Shown piece by piece: positions 1-11,184 of a DNA stretch of 60,820 nt. This DNA is from Nemertoderma westbladi (lineage: Eukaryota > Animalia > Xenacoelomorpha). The DNA lies in assembly GCA_032718475.1 (NCBI GenBank), contig JAUCBJ010000506.1, positions 1-60,820 of the forward strand, in the 5' to 3' direction. Position 1 is the stretch's first letter, and the number at the start of each line of letters is the position of its first letter. Below the pieces are notes generated by a model. It saw nothing but the letters and a program-made list of their open reading frames with translations, did no database searches and was not told where the DNA came from. A program made the position numbers and the translations under genes.

Positions 1-438
1 CCTGGGCCCAAGCTACAACAACTTCTCACGAGGTCCACCCTAAACCCACCGAAGTGCCCCGCACCCACACACAAGTGCTTTACCTGTACGAATGGCCCTG
101 CACAGTGTACCACTAAGAACGTGGTGTATTCACTCACCTGTAGCCAATGTGGAGAGGTTTATGTAGGCGAAACCAGCACACAAATACGCTCACGCATCTC
201 ACAACACCGTAACGCAGTCAGAAACATCACAGGGAAAGCCACATCAGCCATGAAGGACCACTACATAAAACACCACCCCAACACTACAGATACACAGAGA
301 GAAATACCTTTCAGCATTAGAATTCTAGCACGATGTAAGGATTGGGTAGATAGGAAAATTAAAGAAAAATCATACATCAAGGATATACGACCTAAGATTA
401 ACACACAATACATTAACAATTTTGACACGGGGTGGTAA
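1..438 (+). CDS. C-terminal GIY-YIG endonuclease part of an upstream Penelope-like ORF, cut by the window edge
   Basis: Same sequence as 3305-3742; NVVYSLTCSQCGEVYVGET...RISQH motif. Confidence 0.9.
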   Translation, partial: PGPKLQQLLTRSTLNPPKCPAPTHKCFTCTNGPAQCTTKNVVYSLTCSQCGEVYVGETSTQIRSRISQHRNAVRNITGKATSAMKDHYIKHHPNTTDTQREIPFSIRILARCKDWVDRKIKEKSYIKDIRPKINTQYINNFDTGW

Positions 439-669
439 CGACTCTGTTATAATTATGTCCGTACAGTAGAAATTGGTGCTATGATTTGTGATTTATAGAT
501 CGGACCCGGTGCTGTTTAATAATGAATTAGTTATAGGTTGGTACAGTAGATCTCTGAATGTGGCATCCTAGGTTGCCATGGTGATGGGGCTACCGGTATG
601 TATTACTGAATTACTGGTTCTTGTGTGCAGTTGGCAGTCTGTAGTAGTGAGTTTGTAGGTAGGTACCTA

Positions 670-707
670 TCAGTTCGTTAAAGGCCTGTTGGCCGCAATA
701 TAACTGA
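670..707 (+). ncRNA. Hammerhead-shaped RNA motif with a non-consensus core in the PLE UTR (copies at 3974-4011 and 7359-7396)
   Basis: TCAGTT-CGTTAAA-GGCC-TGTT-GGCC-GCAA-TAT-AACTGA: type I hammerhead topology, but CGTTAAA replaces CTGANGA and GCAA replaces GAAA. Confidence 0.5.
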
Positions 708-772
708 AATTTATTATATACACGGTCACTAGTAAAAGATCCAGTTTACACACACCTTAAAGATTTGAAGCT

Positions 773-3742
773 ATGATACCTCCAGTGACCAGGGCGCGCA
801 CCAGTTTTCGTAAATTTAACCTTCCGCTTGATCAGCAGTTTGCCCTATTAGGTATGTGTCTGACAGCAGAAAAGCTAGCCAGACAGCGACTACACACAAA
901 ATTTCTACGCACCTGCCAACAGCACCACAAGTTCCCTCGATTTATAGAGAACTCCATCCACATTAGAATCATGCATCCGAGTTTCCGACGGGTGGTGAGC
1001 AACTTCAAGCAGAAAGCGCTTACTGCAGCAGTACGATCTACGTTCAGTAAACTGAGTAACCTAGAACGTCTCAGAGAAACCCAACGAGCGCGGATACAGC
1101 AGTTCAGCTTGCCTACCACTGTCATAACAGAACTTGTTACCTCGCTCCGCGACATCGAGACCTACACCGCTATAACCACTACACGCACCCATAACAAGAA
1201 ACTTAGTAGGATTACGCCGCATAAAGAACCTACCACTAGACAATCCACGGAGTTGGCGCACAGCAGAGTGTGCGTTATTACATCGACGCCTCTACCAGAA
1301 GGGACACGGAGCCTCCTGAGCAAGGGGCCGAAGTATGCGCTGACGACGCAGGTCAACCCTCGAGTGATGAAGACCGTCGAGGTGGCCTTGGATCGACTCG
1401 CGTACGGTGTCAAATGGAGATACGACATAGAGAATCGCGAACTCGAGACCACGAGTGGAACGGCTAACACCGGGACTACGAGTGGGACGACGGACGCCGG
1501 GACCACCAGTGGAACGACGAACGCCGGGACCGCCAGTGGGACGACGAACGCCGGGACCGCCAGTGGGACGACGCACGCCGGGACCGCCAGTGGGACGACG
1601 AACGCTGGGACCGCCAGTGGGACGACGAACGCCGGGACCGCCAGTGGGACGACGAACGCCGGGACCGCCAGTGGGACGACGAACGCCGGGACCGCCAGTG
1701 GGACGACGCACGCCGGGACCGCCAGTGGGACAACGTACACCGGGACTACAACACCTGGGACCACACCCGGGACCGCCTCGACAACAACGAAGCCGAAGTC
1801 GAAGTTTATGAAGATACCATTCCCAGATGTATACCGATCTAAACCACCATCGATCCCACCATTACTGGAACAAGAATTAGACGAACTCAAGGCCGCCATC
1901 CTCTCGGTTTACTCCAACTATCAGAGGAAGAACCTTCCACCACGTCACAACCTCAGTCGCTGCGAAAGGGAGGCCGTCGAGGCTATACGAACATCCACCG
2001 ACATTATAGTCAAGCGAACCGATAAGAGTGGGGGTTTCGCTGTCCTGGACCGAGCTGGGTATATAGACAAGGTCAAGACTGACATCCTAAGTGATCGGGA
2101 ATCCTATCGCCCGCTAACGAGGGACCCCAACCCGAAGGAATCGTCACGGGTTAAACACGGGATCAAAGGGATACTATGTAAACCCAACCAGCAGTACCTA
2201 TCCGGGCTACTCGTAACCCACCAACCACGCGCTCCAGAACTGTACTGTAACCCAAAGACCCATAAACCCGACAACCCCATGAGGCCGATATCATCAGCCT
2301 GCGGGTCAGCAGCGGAGAAACCAGCGTGGTTGCTCTGCCAGATCCTCACCCAAGCGCTGAAATTCGTTCCGGAGCGACTACGGAACACGAGGGACTTTAT
2401 CGAACGGGTGTCCGAACTGCCGCCATTGTCCCCAGGAGATATTATTTTTAGTACTGACATTAAGGCAATGTACACCAACATACCGGTCGGCGAAGGGATA
2501 GATGTGGTCACAGACTTCATCAACCGGCACAAAGCGGACATCAATATGTTCGGTTTGGATATTACGGATGTTTTTGGGTTATTAACTACGAGCCTGGAAT
2601 GCTCATTTTTCCATTTTGACGGCAAATATTACCTACAAATTAAGGGCATGGGGATGGGGAACAGACTAGCCCCACCCTTTGCGATTATTTACGTACATAG
2701 TATCGAACTAGGGTTTTTAGAGAGGTACCACCTTAAACCCGTGTGCTGGTATAGATTCCTGGATGACGGGTGGTCAATTTGGGAGCATGGGGAAGAAGAG
2801 TTACGCCTGTTCATGGAATACCTTAATTCTTGTCACAAGACTATTAAGTATACCATCGAACAGTCGTACACTAGTATTCCGTTCCTAGATGTCCTAACGA
2901 CAGTCAACCAAGAGGGTAAAATTGACTTTGAACTATATACCAAACCAGCTAATGTAGGGATAATCCTCAATTACTTTAGTAACCACCCCAAATCTATGAT
3001 TAACAACACGGCCCGACAAGCAGTAGCCAGAGGGATACAATACGGATCGACGGAGGGGGGGAGAAACCGAGGGGTTAGCAAGGTCCGACAGCTGTTAATT
3101 AACAACGATTACCCACCCGCGATAGTAGATAAACTCATTCATACAGTACTCCACCCACGTAACAACACACGACACCCACCCCCAGCGGTAGGGACCACAC
3201 CCATACCGTTGGTAGTCCCCTTCATAAATGAAGACATCAAGAGGCAGGTACAGGCGGTAGTCCACAAGTCCCGGTTAGCAGGATGTACTAGAGTAGTGAC
3301 AACCCCTGGGCCCAAGCTACAACAACTTCTCACGAGGTCCACCCTAAACCCACCGAAGTGCCCCGCACCCACACACAAGTGCTTTACCTGTACGAATGGC
3401 CCTGCACAGTGTACCACTAAGAACGTGGTGTATTCACTCACCTGTAGCCAATGTGGAGAGGTTTATGTAGGCGAAACCAGCACACAAATACGCTCACGCA
3501 TCTCACAACACCGTAACGCAGTCAGAAACATCACAGGGAAAGCCACATCAGCCATGAAGGACCACTACATAAAACACCACCCCAACACTACAGATACACA
3601 GAGAGAAATACCTTTCAGCATTAGAATTCTAGCACGATGTAAGGATTGGGTAGATAGGAAAATTAAAGAAAAATCATACATCAAGGATATACGACCTAAG
3701 ATTAACACACAATACATTAACAATTTTGACACGGGGTGGTAA
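773..3742 (+). CDS. Penelope-like element polyprotein: reverse transcriptase + C-terminal GIY-YIG endonuclease (989 aa)
   Basis: PLE motifs LLSKGPKY, IVKRTDKSGG, PKTHKP..PMRPI, STDIKAMYTNIP, GMGMGNRLAP, YRFLDD, IPFLDV, YTKP; Cys linker CPAPTHKCFTC; VVY-x-C-x2-C-x3-YVGET GIY-YIG. Confidence 0.96.
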   Translation: MIPPVTRARTSFRKFNLPLDQQFALLGMCLTAEKLARQRLHTKFLRTCQQHHKFPRFIENSIHIRIMHPSFRRVVSNFKQKALTAAVRSTFSKLSNLERLRETQRARIQQFSLPTTVITELVTSLRDIETYTAITTTRTHNKKLSRITPHKEPTTRQSTELAHSRVCVITSTPLPEGTRSLLSKGPKYALTTQVNPRVMKTVEVALDRLAYGVKWRYDIENRELETTSGTANTGTTSGTTDAGTTSGTTNAGTASGTTNAGTASGTTHAGTASGTTNAGTASGTTNAGTASGTTNAGTASGTTNAGTASGTTHAGTASGTTYTGTTTPGTTPGTASTTTKPKSKFMKIPFPDVYRSKPPSIPPLLEQELDELKAAILSVYSNYQRKNLPPRHNLSRCEREAVEAIRTSTDIIVKRTDKSGGFAVLDRAGYIDKVKTDILSDRESYRPLTRDPNPKESSRVKHGIKGILCKPNQQYLSGLLVTHQPRAPELYCNPKTHKPDNPMRPISSACGSAAEKPAWLLCQILTQALKFVPERLRNTRDFIERVSELPPLSPGDIIFSTDIKAMYTNIPVGEGIDVVTDFINRHKADINMFGLDITDVFGLLTTSLECSFFHFDGKYYLQIKGMGMGNRLAPPFAIIYVHSIELGFLERYHLKPVCWYRFLDDGWSIWEHGEEELRLFMEYLNSCHKTIKYTIEQSYTSIPFLDVLTTVNQEGKIDFELYTKPANVGIILNYFSNHPKSMINNTARQAVARGIQYGSTEGGRNRGVSKVRQLLINNDYPPAIVDKLIHTVLHPRNNTRHPPPAVGTTPIPLVVPFINEDIKRQVQAVVHKSRLAGCTRVVTTPGPKLQQLLTRSTLNPPKCPAPTHKCFTCTNGPAQCTTKNVVYSLTCSQCGEVYVGETSTQIRSRISQHRNAVRNITGKATSAMKDHYIKHHPNTTDTQREIPFSIRILARCKDWVDRKIKEKSYIKDIRPKINTQYINNFDTGW
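1450..1750 (+). repeat. 27-bp coding minisatellite (about 10 copies of GTASGTTNA) inside the PLE ORF; second copy at about 4835-5135
   Basis: Unit GGGACCGCCAGTGGGACGACGAACGCC repeated in frame. Confidence 0.95.
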
Positions 3743-4076
3743 CGACTCTGTTATAATTATGTCCGTACAGTAGAAATTGGTGCTATGATTTGTGATTTAT
3801 AGATCGGACCCGGTGCTGTTTAATAATGAATTAGTTATAGGTTGGTACAGTAGATCTCTGAATGTGGCATCCTAGGTTGCCATGGTGATGGGGCTACCGG
3901 TATGTATTACTGAATTACTGGTTCTTGTGTGCAGTTGGCAGTCTGTAGTAGTGAGTTTGTAGGTAGGTACCTATCAGTTCGTTAAAGGCCTGTTGGCCGC
4001 AATATAACTGAAATTTATTATATACACGGTCACTAGTAAAAGATCCAGTTTACACACACCTTAAAGATTTGAAGCT

Positions 4077-7000
4077 ATGATACCTCCAGTGACCAGGGCG
4101 CGCACCAGTTTTCGTAAATTTAACCTTCCGCTTGATCAGCAGTTTGCCCTATTAGGTATGTGTCTGACAGCAGAAAAGCTAGCCAGACAGCGACTACACA
4201 CAAAATTTCTACGCACCTGCCAACAGCACCACAAGTTCCCTCGATTTATAGAGAACTCCATCCACATTAGAATCATGCATCCGAGTTTCCGACGGGTGGT
4301 GAGCAACTTCAAGCAGAAAGCGCTTACTGCAGCAGTACGATCTACGTTCAGTAAACTGAGTAACCTAGAACGTCTCAGAGAAACCCAACGAGCGCGGATA
4401 CAGCAGTTCAGCTTGCCTACCACTGTCATAACAGAACTTGTTACCTCGCTCCGCGACATCGAGACCTACACCGCTATAACCACTACACGCACCCATAACA
4501 AGAAACTTAGTAGGATTACGCCGCATAAAGAACCTACCACTAGACAATCCACGGAGTTGGCGCACAGCAGAGTGTGCGTTATTACATCGACGCCTCTACC
4601 AGAAGGGACACGGAGCCTCCTGAGCAAGGGGCCGAAGTTGGCGCACAGCAGAGTGTGCGTTATTACATCGACGCCTCTACCAGAAGGGACACGGAGCCTC
4701 CTGAGCAAGGGGCCGAAGTATGCGCTGACGACGCAGGTCAACCCTCGAGTGATGAAGACCGTCGAGGTGGCCTTGGATCGACTCGCGTACGGTGTCAAAT
4801 GGAGATACGACATAGAGAATCGCGAACTCGAGACCACGAGTGGAACGGCTAACACCGGGACTACGAGTGGGACGACGGACGCCGGGACCACCAGTGGAAC
4901 GACGAACGCCGGGACCGCCAGTGGGACGACGAACGCCGGGACCGCCAGTGGGACGACGCACGCCGGGACCGCCAGTGGGACGACGAACGCTGGGACCGCC
5001 AGTGGGACGACGAACGCCGGGACCGCCAGTGGGACGACGAACGCCGGGACCGCCAGTGGGACGACGAACGCCGGGACCGCCAGTGGGACGACGCACGCCG
5101 GGACCGCCAGTGGGACAACGTACACCGGGACTACAACACCTGGGACCACACCCGGGACCGCCTCGACAACAACGAAGCCGAAGTCGAAGTTTATGAAGAT
5201 ACCATTCCCAGATGTATACCGATCTAAACCACCATCGATCCCACCATTACTGGAACAAGAATTAGACGAACTCAAGGCCGCCATCCTCTCGGTTTACTCC
5301 AACTATCAGAGGAAGAACCTTCCACCACGTCACAACCTCAGTCGCTGCGAAAGGGAGGCCGTCGAGGCTATACGAACATCCACCGACATTATAGTCAAGC
5401 GAACCGATAAGAGTGGGGGTTTCGCTGTCCTGGACCGAGCTGGGTATATAGACAAGGTCAAGACTGACATCCTAAGTGATCGGGAATCCTATCGCCCGCT
5501 AACGAGGGACCCCAACCCGAAGGAATCGTCACGGGTTAAACACGGGATCAAAGGGATACTATGTAAACCCAACCAGCAGTACCTATCCGGGCTACTCGTA
5601 ACCCACCAACCACGCGCTCCAGAACTGTACTGTAACCCAAAGACCCATAAACCCGACAACCCCATGAGGCCGATATCATCAGCCTGCGGGTCAGCAGCGG
5701 AGAAACCAGCGTGGTTGCTCTGCCAGATCCTCACCCAAGCGCTGAAATTCGTTCCGGAGCGACTACGGAACACGAGGGACTTTATCGAACGGGTGTCCGA
5801 ACTGCCGCCATTGTCCCCAGGAGATATTATTTTTAGTACTGACATTAAGGCAATGTACACCAACATACCGGTCGGCGAAGGGATAGATGTGGTCACAGAC
5901 TTCATCAACCGGCACAAAGCGGACATCAATATGTTCGGTTTGGATATTACGGATGTTTTTGGGTTATTAACTACGAGCCTGGAATGCTCATTTTTCCATT
6001 TTGACGGCAAATATTACCTACAAATTAAGGGCATGGGGATGGGGAACAGACTAGCCCCACCCTTTGCGATTATTTACGTACATAGTATCGAACTAGGGTT
6101 TTTAGAGAGGTACCACCTTAAACCCGTGTGCTGGTATAGATTCCTGGATGACGGGTGGTCAATTTGGGAGCATGGGGAAGAAGAGTTACGCCTGTTCATG
6201 GAATACCTTAATTCTTGTCACAAGACTATTAAGTATACCATCGAACAGTCGTACACTAGTATTCCGTTCCTAGATGTCCTAACGACAGTCAACCAAGAGG
6301 GTAAAATTGACTTTGAACTATATACCAAACCAGCTAATGTAGGGATAATCCTCAATTACTTTAGTAACCACCCCAAATCTATGATTAACAACACGGCCCG
6401 ACAAGCAGTAGCCAGAGGGATACAATACGGATCGACGGAGGGGGGGAGAAACCGAGGGGTTAGCAAGGTCCGACAGCTGTTAATTAACAACGATTACCCA
6501 CCCGCGATAGTAGATAAACTCATTCATACAGTACTCCACCCACGTAACAACACACGACACCCACCCCCAGCGGTAGGGACCACACCCATACCGTTGGTAG
6601 TCCCCTTCATAAATGAAGACATCAAGAGGCAGGTACAGGCGGTAGTCCACAAGTCCCGGTTAGCAGGATGTACTAGAGTAGTGACAACCCCTGGGCCCAA
6701 GCTACAACAACTTCTCACGAGGTCCACCCTAAACCCACCGAAGTGCCCCGCACCCACACACAAGTGCTTTACCTGTACGAATGGCCCTGCACAGTGTACC
6801 ACTAAGAACGTGGTGTATTCACTCACCTGTAGCCAATGTGGAGAGGTTTATGTAGGCGAAACCAGCACACAAATACGCTCACGCATCTCACAACACCGTA
6901 ACGCAGTCAGAAACATCACAGGGAAAGCCACATCAGCCATGAAGGACCACTACATAAAACACCACCCCAACACTACAGATACACAGAGAGAAATACCTTT

Positions 7001-7127
7001 CAGCATTAGAATTCTAGCACGATGTAAGGATTGGGTAGATAGGAAAATTAAAGAAAAATCATACATCAAGGATATACGACCTAAGATTAACACACAATAC
7101 ATTAACAATTTTGACACGGGGTGGTAA
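4077..7127 (+). CDS. Second Penelope-like polyprotein copy (1016 aa) with a 27-aa in-frame duplication
   Basis: Same protein as 773-3742 plus a repeat of LAHSRVCVITSTPLPEGTRSLLSKGPK (4555-4635 repeated at 4636-4716). Confidence 0.96.
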   Translation: MIPPVTRARTSFRKFNLPLDQQFALLGMCLTAEKLARQRLHTKFLRTCQQHHKFPRFIENSIHIRIMHPSFRRVVSNFKQKALTAAVRSTFSKLSNLERLRETQRARIQQFSLPTTVITELVTSLRDIETYTAITTTRTHNKKLSRITPHKEPTTRQSTELAHSRVCVITSTPLPEGTRSLLSKGPKLAHSRVCVITSTPLPEGTRSLLSKGPKYALTTQVNPRVMKTVEVALDRLAYGVKWRYDIENRELETTSGTANTGTTSGTTDAGTTSGTTNAGTASGTTNAGTASGTTHAGTASGTTNAGTASGTTNAGTASGTTNAGTASGTTNAGTASGTTHAGTASGTTYTGTTTPGTTPGTASTTTKPKSKFMKIPFPDVYRSKPPSIPPLLEQELDELKAAILSVYSNYQRKNLPPRHNLSRCEREAVEAIRTSTDIIVKRTDKSGGFAVLDRAGYIDKVKTDILSDRESYRPLTRDPNPKESSRVKHGIKGILCKPNQQYLSGLLVTHQPRAPELYCNPKTHKPDNPMRPISSACGSAAEKPAWLLCQILTQALKFVPERLRNTRDFIERVSELPPLSPGDIIFSTDIKAMYTNIPVGEGIDVVTDFINRHKADINMFGLDITDVFGLLTTSLECSFFHFDGKYYLQIKGMGMGNRLAPPFAIIYVHSIELGFLERYHLKPVCWYRFLDDGWSIWEHGEEELRLFMEYLNSCHKTIKYTIEQSYTSIPFLDVLTTVNQEGKIDFELYTKPANVGIILNYFSNHPKSMINNTARQAVARGIQYGSTEGGRNRGVSKVRQLLINNDYPPAIVDKLIHTVLHPRNNTRHPPPAVGTTPIPLVVPFINEDIKRQVQAVVHKSRLAGCTRVVTTPGPKLQQLLTRSTLNPPKCPAPTHKCFTCTNGPAQCTTKNVVYSLTCSQCGEVYVGETSTQIRSRISQHRNAVRNITGKATSAMKDHYIKHHPNTTDTQREIPFSIRILARCKDWVDRKIKEKSYIKDIRPKINTQYINNFDTGW

Positions 7128-8451
7128 CGACTCTGTTATAATTATGTCCGTACAGTAGAAATTGGTGCTATGATTTGTGATTTATAGATCGGACCCGGTG
7201 CTGTTTAATAATGAATTAGTTATAGGTTGGTACAGTAGATCTCTGAATGTGGCATCCTAGGTTGCCATGGTGATGGGGCTACCGGTATGTATTACTGAAT
7301 TACTGGTTCTTGTGTGCAGTTGGCAGTCTGTAGTAGTGAGTTTGTAGGTAGGTACCTATCAGTTCGTTAAAGGCCTGTTGGCCGCAATATAACTGAAATT
7401 TATTATATACACGGTCACTAGTAAAAGATCCAGTTTACACACACCTTAAAGATTTGAAGCTACAATAGCACAGAAAGGGGGAATATAAATAATGTCAAAC
7501 TGGACGAGACCAGAGGGGTAGGGATTGGTGGAGAACACGGGACATTGTGGAACCGTGGCGATGGACCAACTAATGGGGCTCGTCTGCCACAAGCCGATGG
7601 ACTGGTGCAAGTTCCGCTCCGTATTTATTCTTCTCGGAACTTGCCAAAACAAACAGAACTTGCGAACTCGCTGAAATGGGGAGCGAGACCAGGAAAGTAT
7701 ATCAGTTCCGAAGGGGAGCGATAAAGATATTATCAGAAGAGATATATCTTGAAGGAGGATTGGATAATGATAGGTTTATTAAACCTATTCATTGCCGTGG
7801 TTATCAGAAGAGAACCGACGGCGTTTCTACTATCAGGAGCACCTCTAAATCACAGGAGAGCCTTTAAGGTGGCCTTTGAGGGTCTTGTAGACCACCCGGG
7901 GCTGAAGGGCGAGTTGGTGTACTACGATAGCCGACACCTAGTGGACAGAGAGGTGGTGAGGTGGAAGAGGTGGAAGAAGTTGGAAGCGGATAGAGTCGAG
8001 GAGAGGAGGCTGAAGGAGGTCGCGAGGAGAGAAAGGAGGGAGGCGGCGGAGAGAGAAGCGGATATAAGGGGAGAGGGCGATTTTGGAAGGAAGAGACGGA
8101 GGGAGCTGGCAGGGTGGAAAGTCATGGGTGTAATATATATATATATATTCAAAAATTATTGGAAACTTGTATTACTAATTAATTGCGTTTTTTTAATTAC
8201 AAAAATGATATATTAGCTAGATTTTGCTATTTTTAATATTTTGTGTAGGCTCTACACAATGTTCGTTATTAAATATAGAAAAAAGTTCCAGAACAAATTT
8301 CGAGAACATTTTTTATATAATAGCGGTAACGAACTTGTTCTTAAATAAAAAAAAGAAGCAATTCCAAACATTCTTAGGTCACGTTCACACAACCGAGTCA
8401 AAGTCAAAATTCAAAATGTAAAACACGGATAGTTCTTTTTACAGAACACAG

Positions 8452-9105
8452 CAGAACACAGTAGAACACAGCAGAACACAATAGAATACAGGCGGAACAT
8501 AGGCGAACACAGCTGTAATTAAAATCTACACCAAAAAATAACACACTTGGGAAAGTACCGGACTTAATCATACAACTGTAAGATGTCAATTACATATTTA
8601 AATTAAATGGCGGTTTTCCATATCCTCCAAAATAAATTACCTGATCAGAGTTGCCCGATCAGCTGTTCGGTTAGGCCTGTTCCTGTTACTAGTCCAGCAG
8701 TCTGCCTGTCAGCCTGTTCCAGTACTGCAGTAGGCCTAGTGCTGTAGAGACATGTACAGACTGTACATTGTACAGGCAGACAGATGTAGGCATTTATCGG
8801 CAATTACCGGGAACAGTGTAGAGTATATTACCAATGTACTGATGTAGGCCTACTCAGCTACCGGTACTGTACTGCTGTAGAACTAACCAACTCTCCATGG
8901 TTACAGGATAATGAGAAGTAATTTATTTTGGAGGATATGGAAACCGCCATTTAATTTAAATATGTAATTGACATCTTACAGTTGTATGATTAAATCCGGT
9001 ACTTTCCCAAGTGTGTTATTTTTTGGTGTAGATTTTAATTACAGCTGTGTTCGCCTATGTTCCGCCTGTATTCTATTGTGTCCTGCTGTGTTCTTCTGTG
9101 TTCTG
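8452..9105. mobile_element. Foldback/MITE-like element with ~190-bp inverted arms
   Basis: 8452-8640 is nearly the exact reverse complement of 8918-9105. The mirrored ORFs 8404(-) and 8968(+) are by-products of this. Confidence 0.75.
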
Positions 9106-9253
9106 CGATTTCTATACAAAAAGCAACAATTACTAGCTATAATAAAAAAAATTCGAGAGGAAAATACTAAATTGTGGAGCGGGGTTCGCTTTACCTTATT
9201 ACGCAGGATGGCCCTCTTCGTGTTCAATAAGTTCGAACACATGTGGTAAACAG

Positions 9254-9366
9254 AATATCACCTGTTCTAGGTGTGATATACGATATATCAACCTTCAGCA
9301 AATAAACTTTGTTTATTTGCTTCAGGTTGATATATCGTATATCACACCTAGAACAGGTGATATTCT
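9254..9366. repeat. Near-perfect ~113-bp palindrome (small palindromic MITE-like)
   Basis: AGAATATCACCTGTTCTAGGTGTGATATACGATATATCAACC...GGTTGATATATCGTATATCACACCTAGAACAGGTGATATTCT. Confidence 0.85.
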
Positions 9367-10809
9367 CTGTATATCCTAGCACTGTGGCTCATGAAACATA
9401 TATCTCACTGGAATTGATTTTATCCTAAATACGCAATATAAATAATACAATAATATGGTAACAAAAAATAAATACAGTTTTTATTATTATTTATTATTAT
9501 TATCTTATTACTTCATTATTATTTCGAAGTGTTGACATGGCCTTTCGAAGTGTTGACATGGGCACTAAATTCCTTTAGAAGTGTTGACCATTTCTAAGTG
9601 TTGACACAGAATCCTACTACATGGTGTCGTTCAGCCCCTGCCACCCACTGCTGTTCGCGTTGTGATTCAGCCTATCTGTTTGATGGACATGCAGATTTTT
9701 TTTTTACCAATAATTGTATATACATAATAACTGCAGCGAAACTGTTACAATGTACTTGTCTAGTGCTGATCGAAATCATACTGTCATTTACTGCAATATA
9801 TAATATCTGTTTGGAAATAAAAAAAGGCTATGTCCACCATCAAGAAATTTACCAATATTGATAATATTATATATAATTAAAATAATTATCATAGTAAAAT
9901 AAGTTAATTCAAGTAAAATATTTTTGGGAAGTAAATACTTCGGGATCTAAAGACTTAATTCATGAAATCTAAATTCTTCAGGATCTAAAAAACTCTATAG
10001 GATCTATTGACCCTAGATGTGTTACACCCCCGCCACCCCGCCCATACTTTAAATCTATTTCTGTTAGGTCTCAACCAGAATAGGTATTATACTGTGGGAT
10101 TCATATTGGCCTTTGGGGATCAGGTTGTCCTGATGTTTAAAGAATAGGGTTAGCGAATTTAATTCAGGTTGAAGGATTGATTAGATAAATCTCGTTTCCT
10201 AGACAAAATAACAGTGAATAAATAACTATGTAGAGGTTAGCCAATCTGGAGAAATGGGTGCGGTTATAATGGGGAATTTGTTTGCAGTACAGCAGTGGTC
10301 AGCACGTAACGGCATAGATGCAGAAAGTAGATGATTATTTCATATTGGAAAAATTCCCTTCAAGATTTGGCAGATATATTGATTAATTGATTAAATTCAT
10401 TTTTTCCACATCGGGATTGATTCATATTCACTAATTAGTAATTAAATGACATGGTAAATTCATTTAATTATAACATATAATAATAAAATAATGAAATATT
10501 AGTCATAATTTTCATTCACATAATTAACAAATAACAAAGAAAACAATACAAATAGCAGATTAAAGATAATACAAACCAGAAAACACCTGACTAAAATTTA
10601 GACTCCCACTTTATTTCACATTTTATTAAAATCGTCAAACTAAAAATGAAGGGTAATAAAATCGCCCAAGTATCATTCATCGGAATGGTTTATGGTCGGA
10701 TACAATAAATTGTCAAGATGTAAAAATGACAACACAACGCAAAATCTGTTAAACAATAGGTCCGGTAGGCGCTAATACGTAATTTTGTTGTATATTGCGC
10801 CGAGAATAG

Positions 10810-11045
10810 TTACAGTTTATTCTTATTTTTTCTGCTGGCTTGGTTTTTTCTTGGTTTCGTGTTCGCTTTGGGCTTTTTGGTTTCCGTATGGTATTGGTAG
10901 AAACAATTCTTCGGATGAAGAAATGGCCTTTCAGGGCACCCAGTGCAAAAGAACTTTGTTTCTCTACGATTAGTGGCAGTGCTGCACACTCGGCAGCGCC
11001 GACTGCCCTTGGCACAGTCCACCAGGTGATTCATTTCTTTGTTAC
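10810..11045 (-). pseudogene. piggyBac transposase C-terminal Cys-rich domain fragment
   Basis: HLVDCAKGSRRCRVC...RETKFFCTGCPERPFLHPKNCFYQYHT matches the piggyBac C-terminal zinc-binding pattern. Confidence 0.8.
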
Positions 11046-11184
11046 GTGTATCCCTTGATTGCATTTGTCCCCCCCAATAATACATTTTGATATATTTGTC
11101 CATCTTCCACCACCAAAAAACCGACGTTTCTAATAGTCTCGTTTTAGATGATGATGCTCTTGAGTAGTACTTTTCCCAGGTTCC

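Larger units (their letters stand above)
1..7462 (+). mobile_element. Tandem head-to-tail array of a Penelope-like retroelement (partial unit, two full ORFs, terminal UTR/pLTR)
   Basis: Position 1 matches 3305 (period 3304 bp; next period 3385 bp because of an 81-bp duplication). The 334-bp UTR recurs at 439-772, 3743-4076 and 7128-7461. Identity ends at ...GATTTGAAGCTA (7462). Confidence 0.95.

Noticed and set aside
595-630. GTATGT...TGCAG mini-intron in the PLE UTR
   Set aside because: Only 36 nt, with several competing GT/AG sites; cannot be supported without transcripts.
1162-1899. Antisense and alternative-frame ORFs over the PLE (VVPLAVPAF, RRPTGGPGV, SHWRSRR repeats; also 4466-5284)
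   Set aside because: By-products of a stop-free GC-rich 27-bp minisatellite inside the real ORF.
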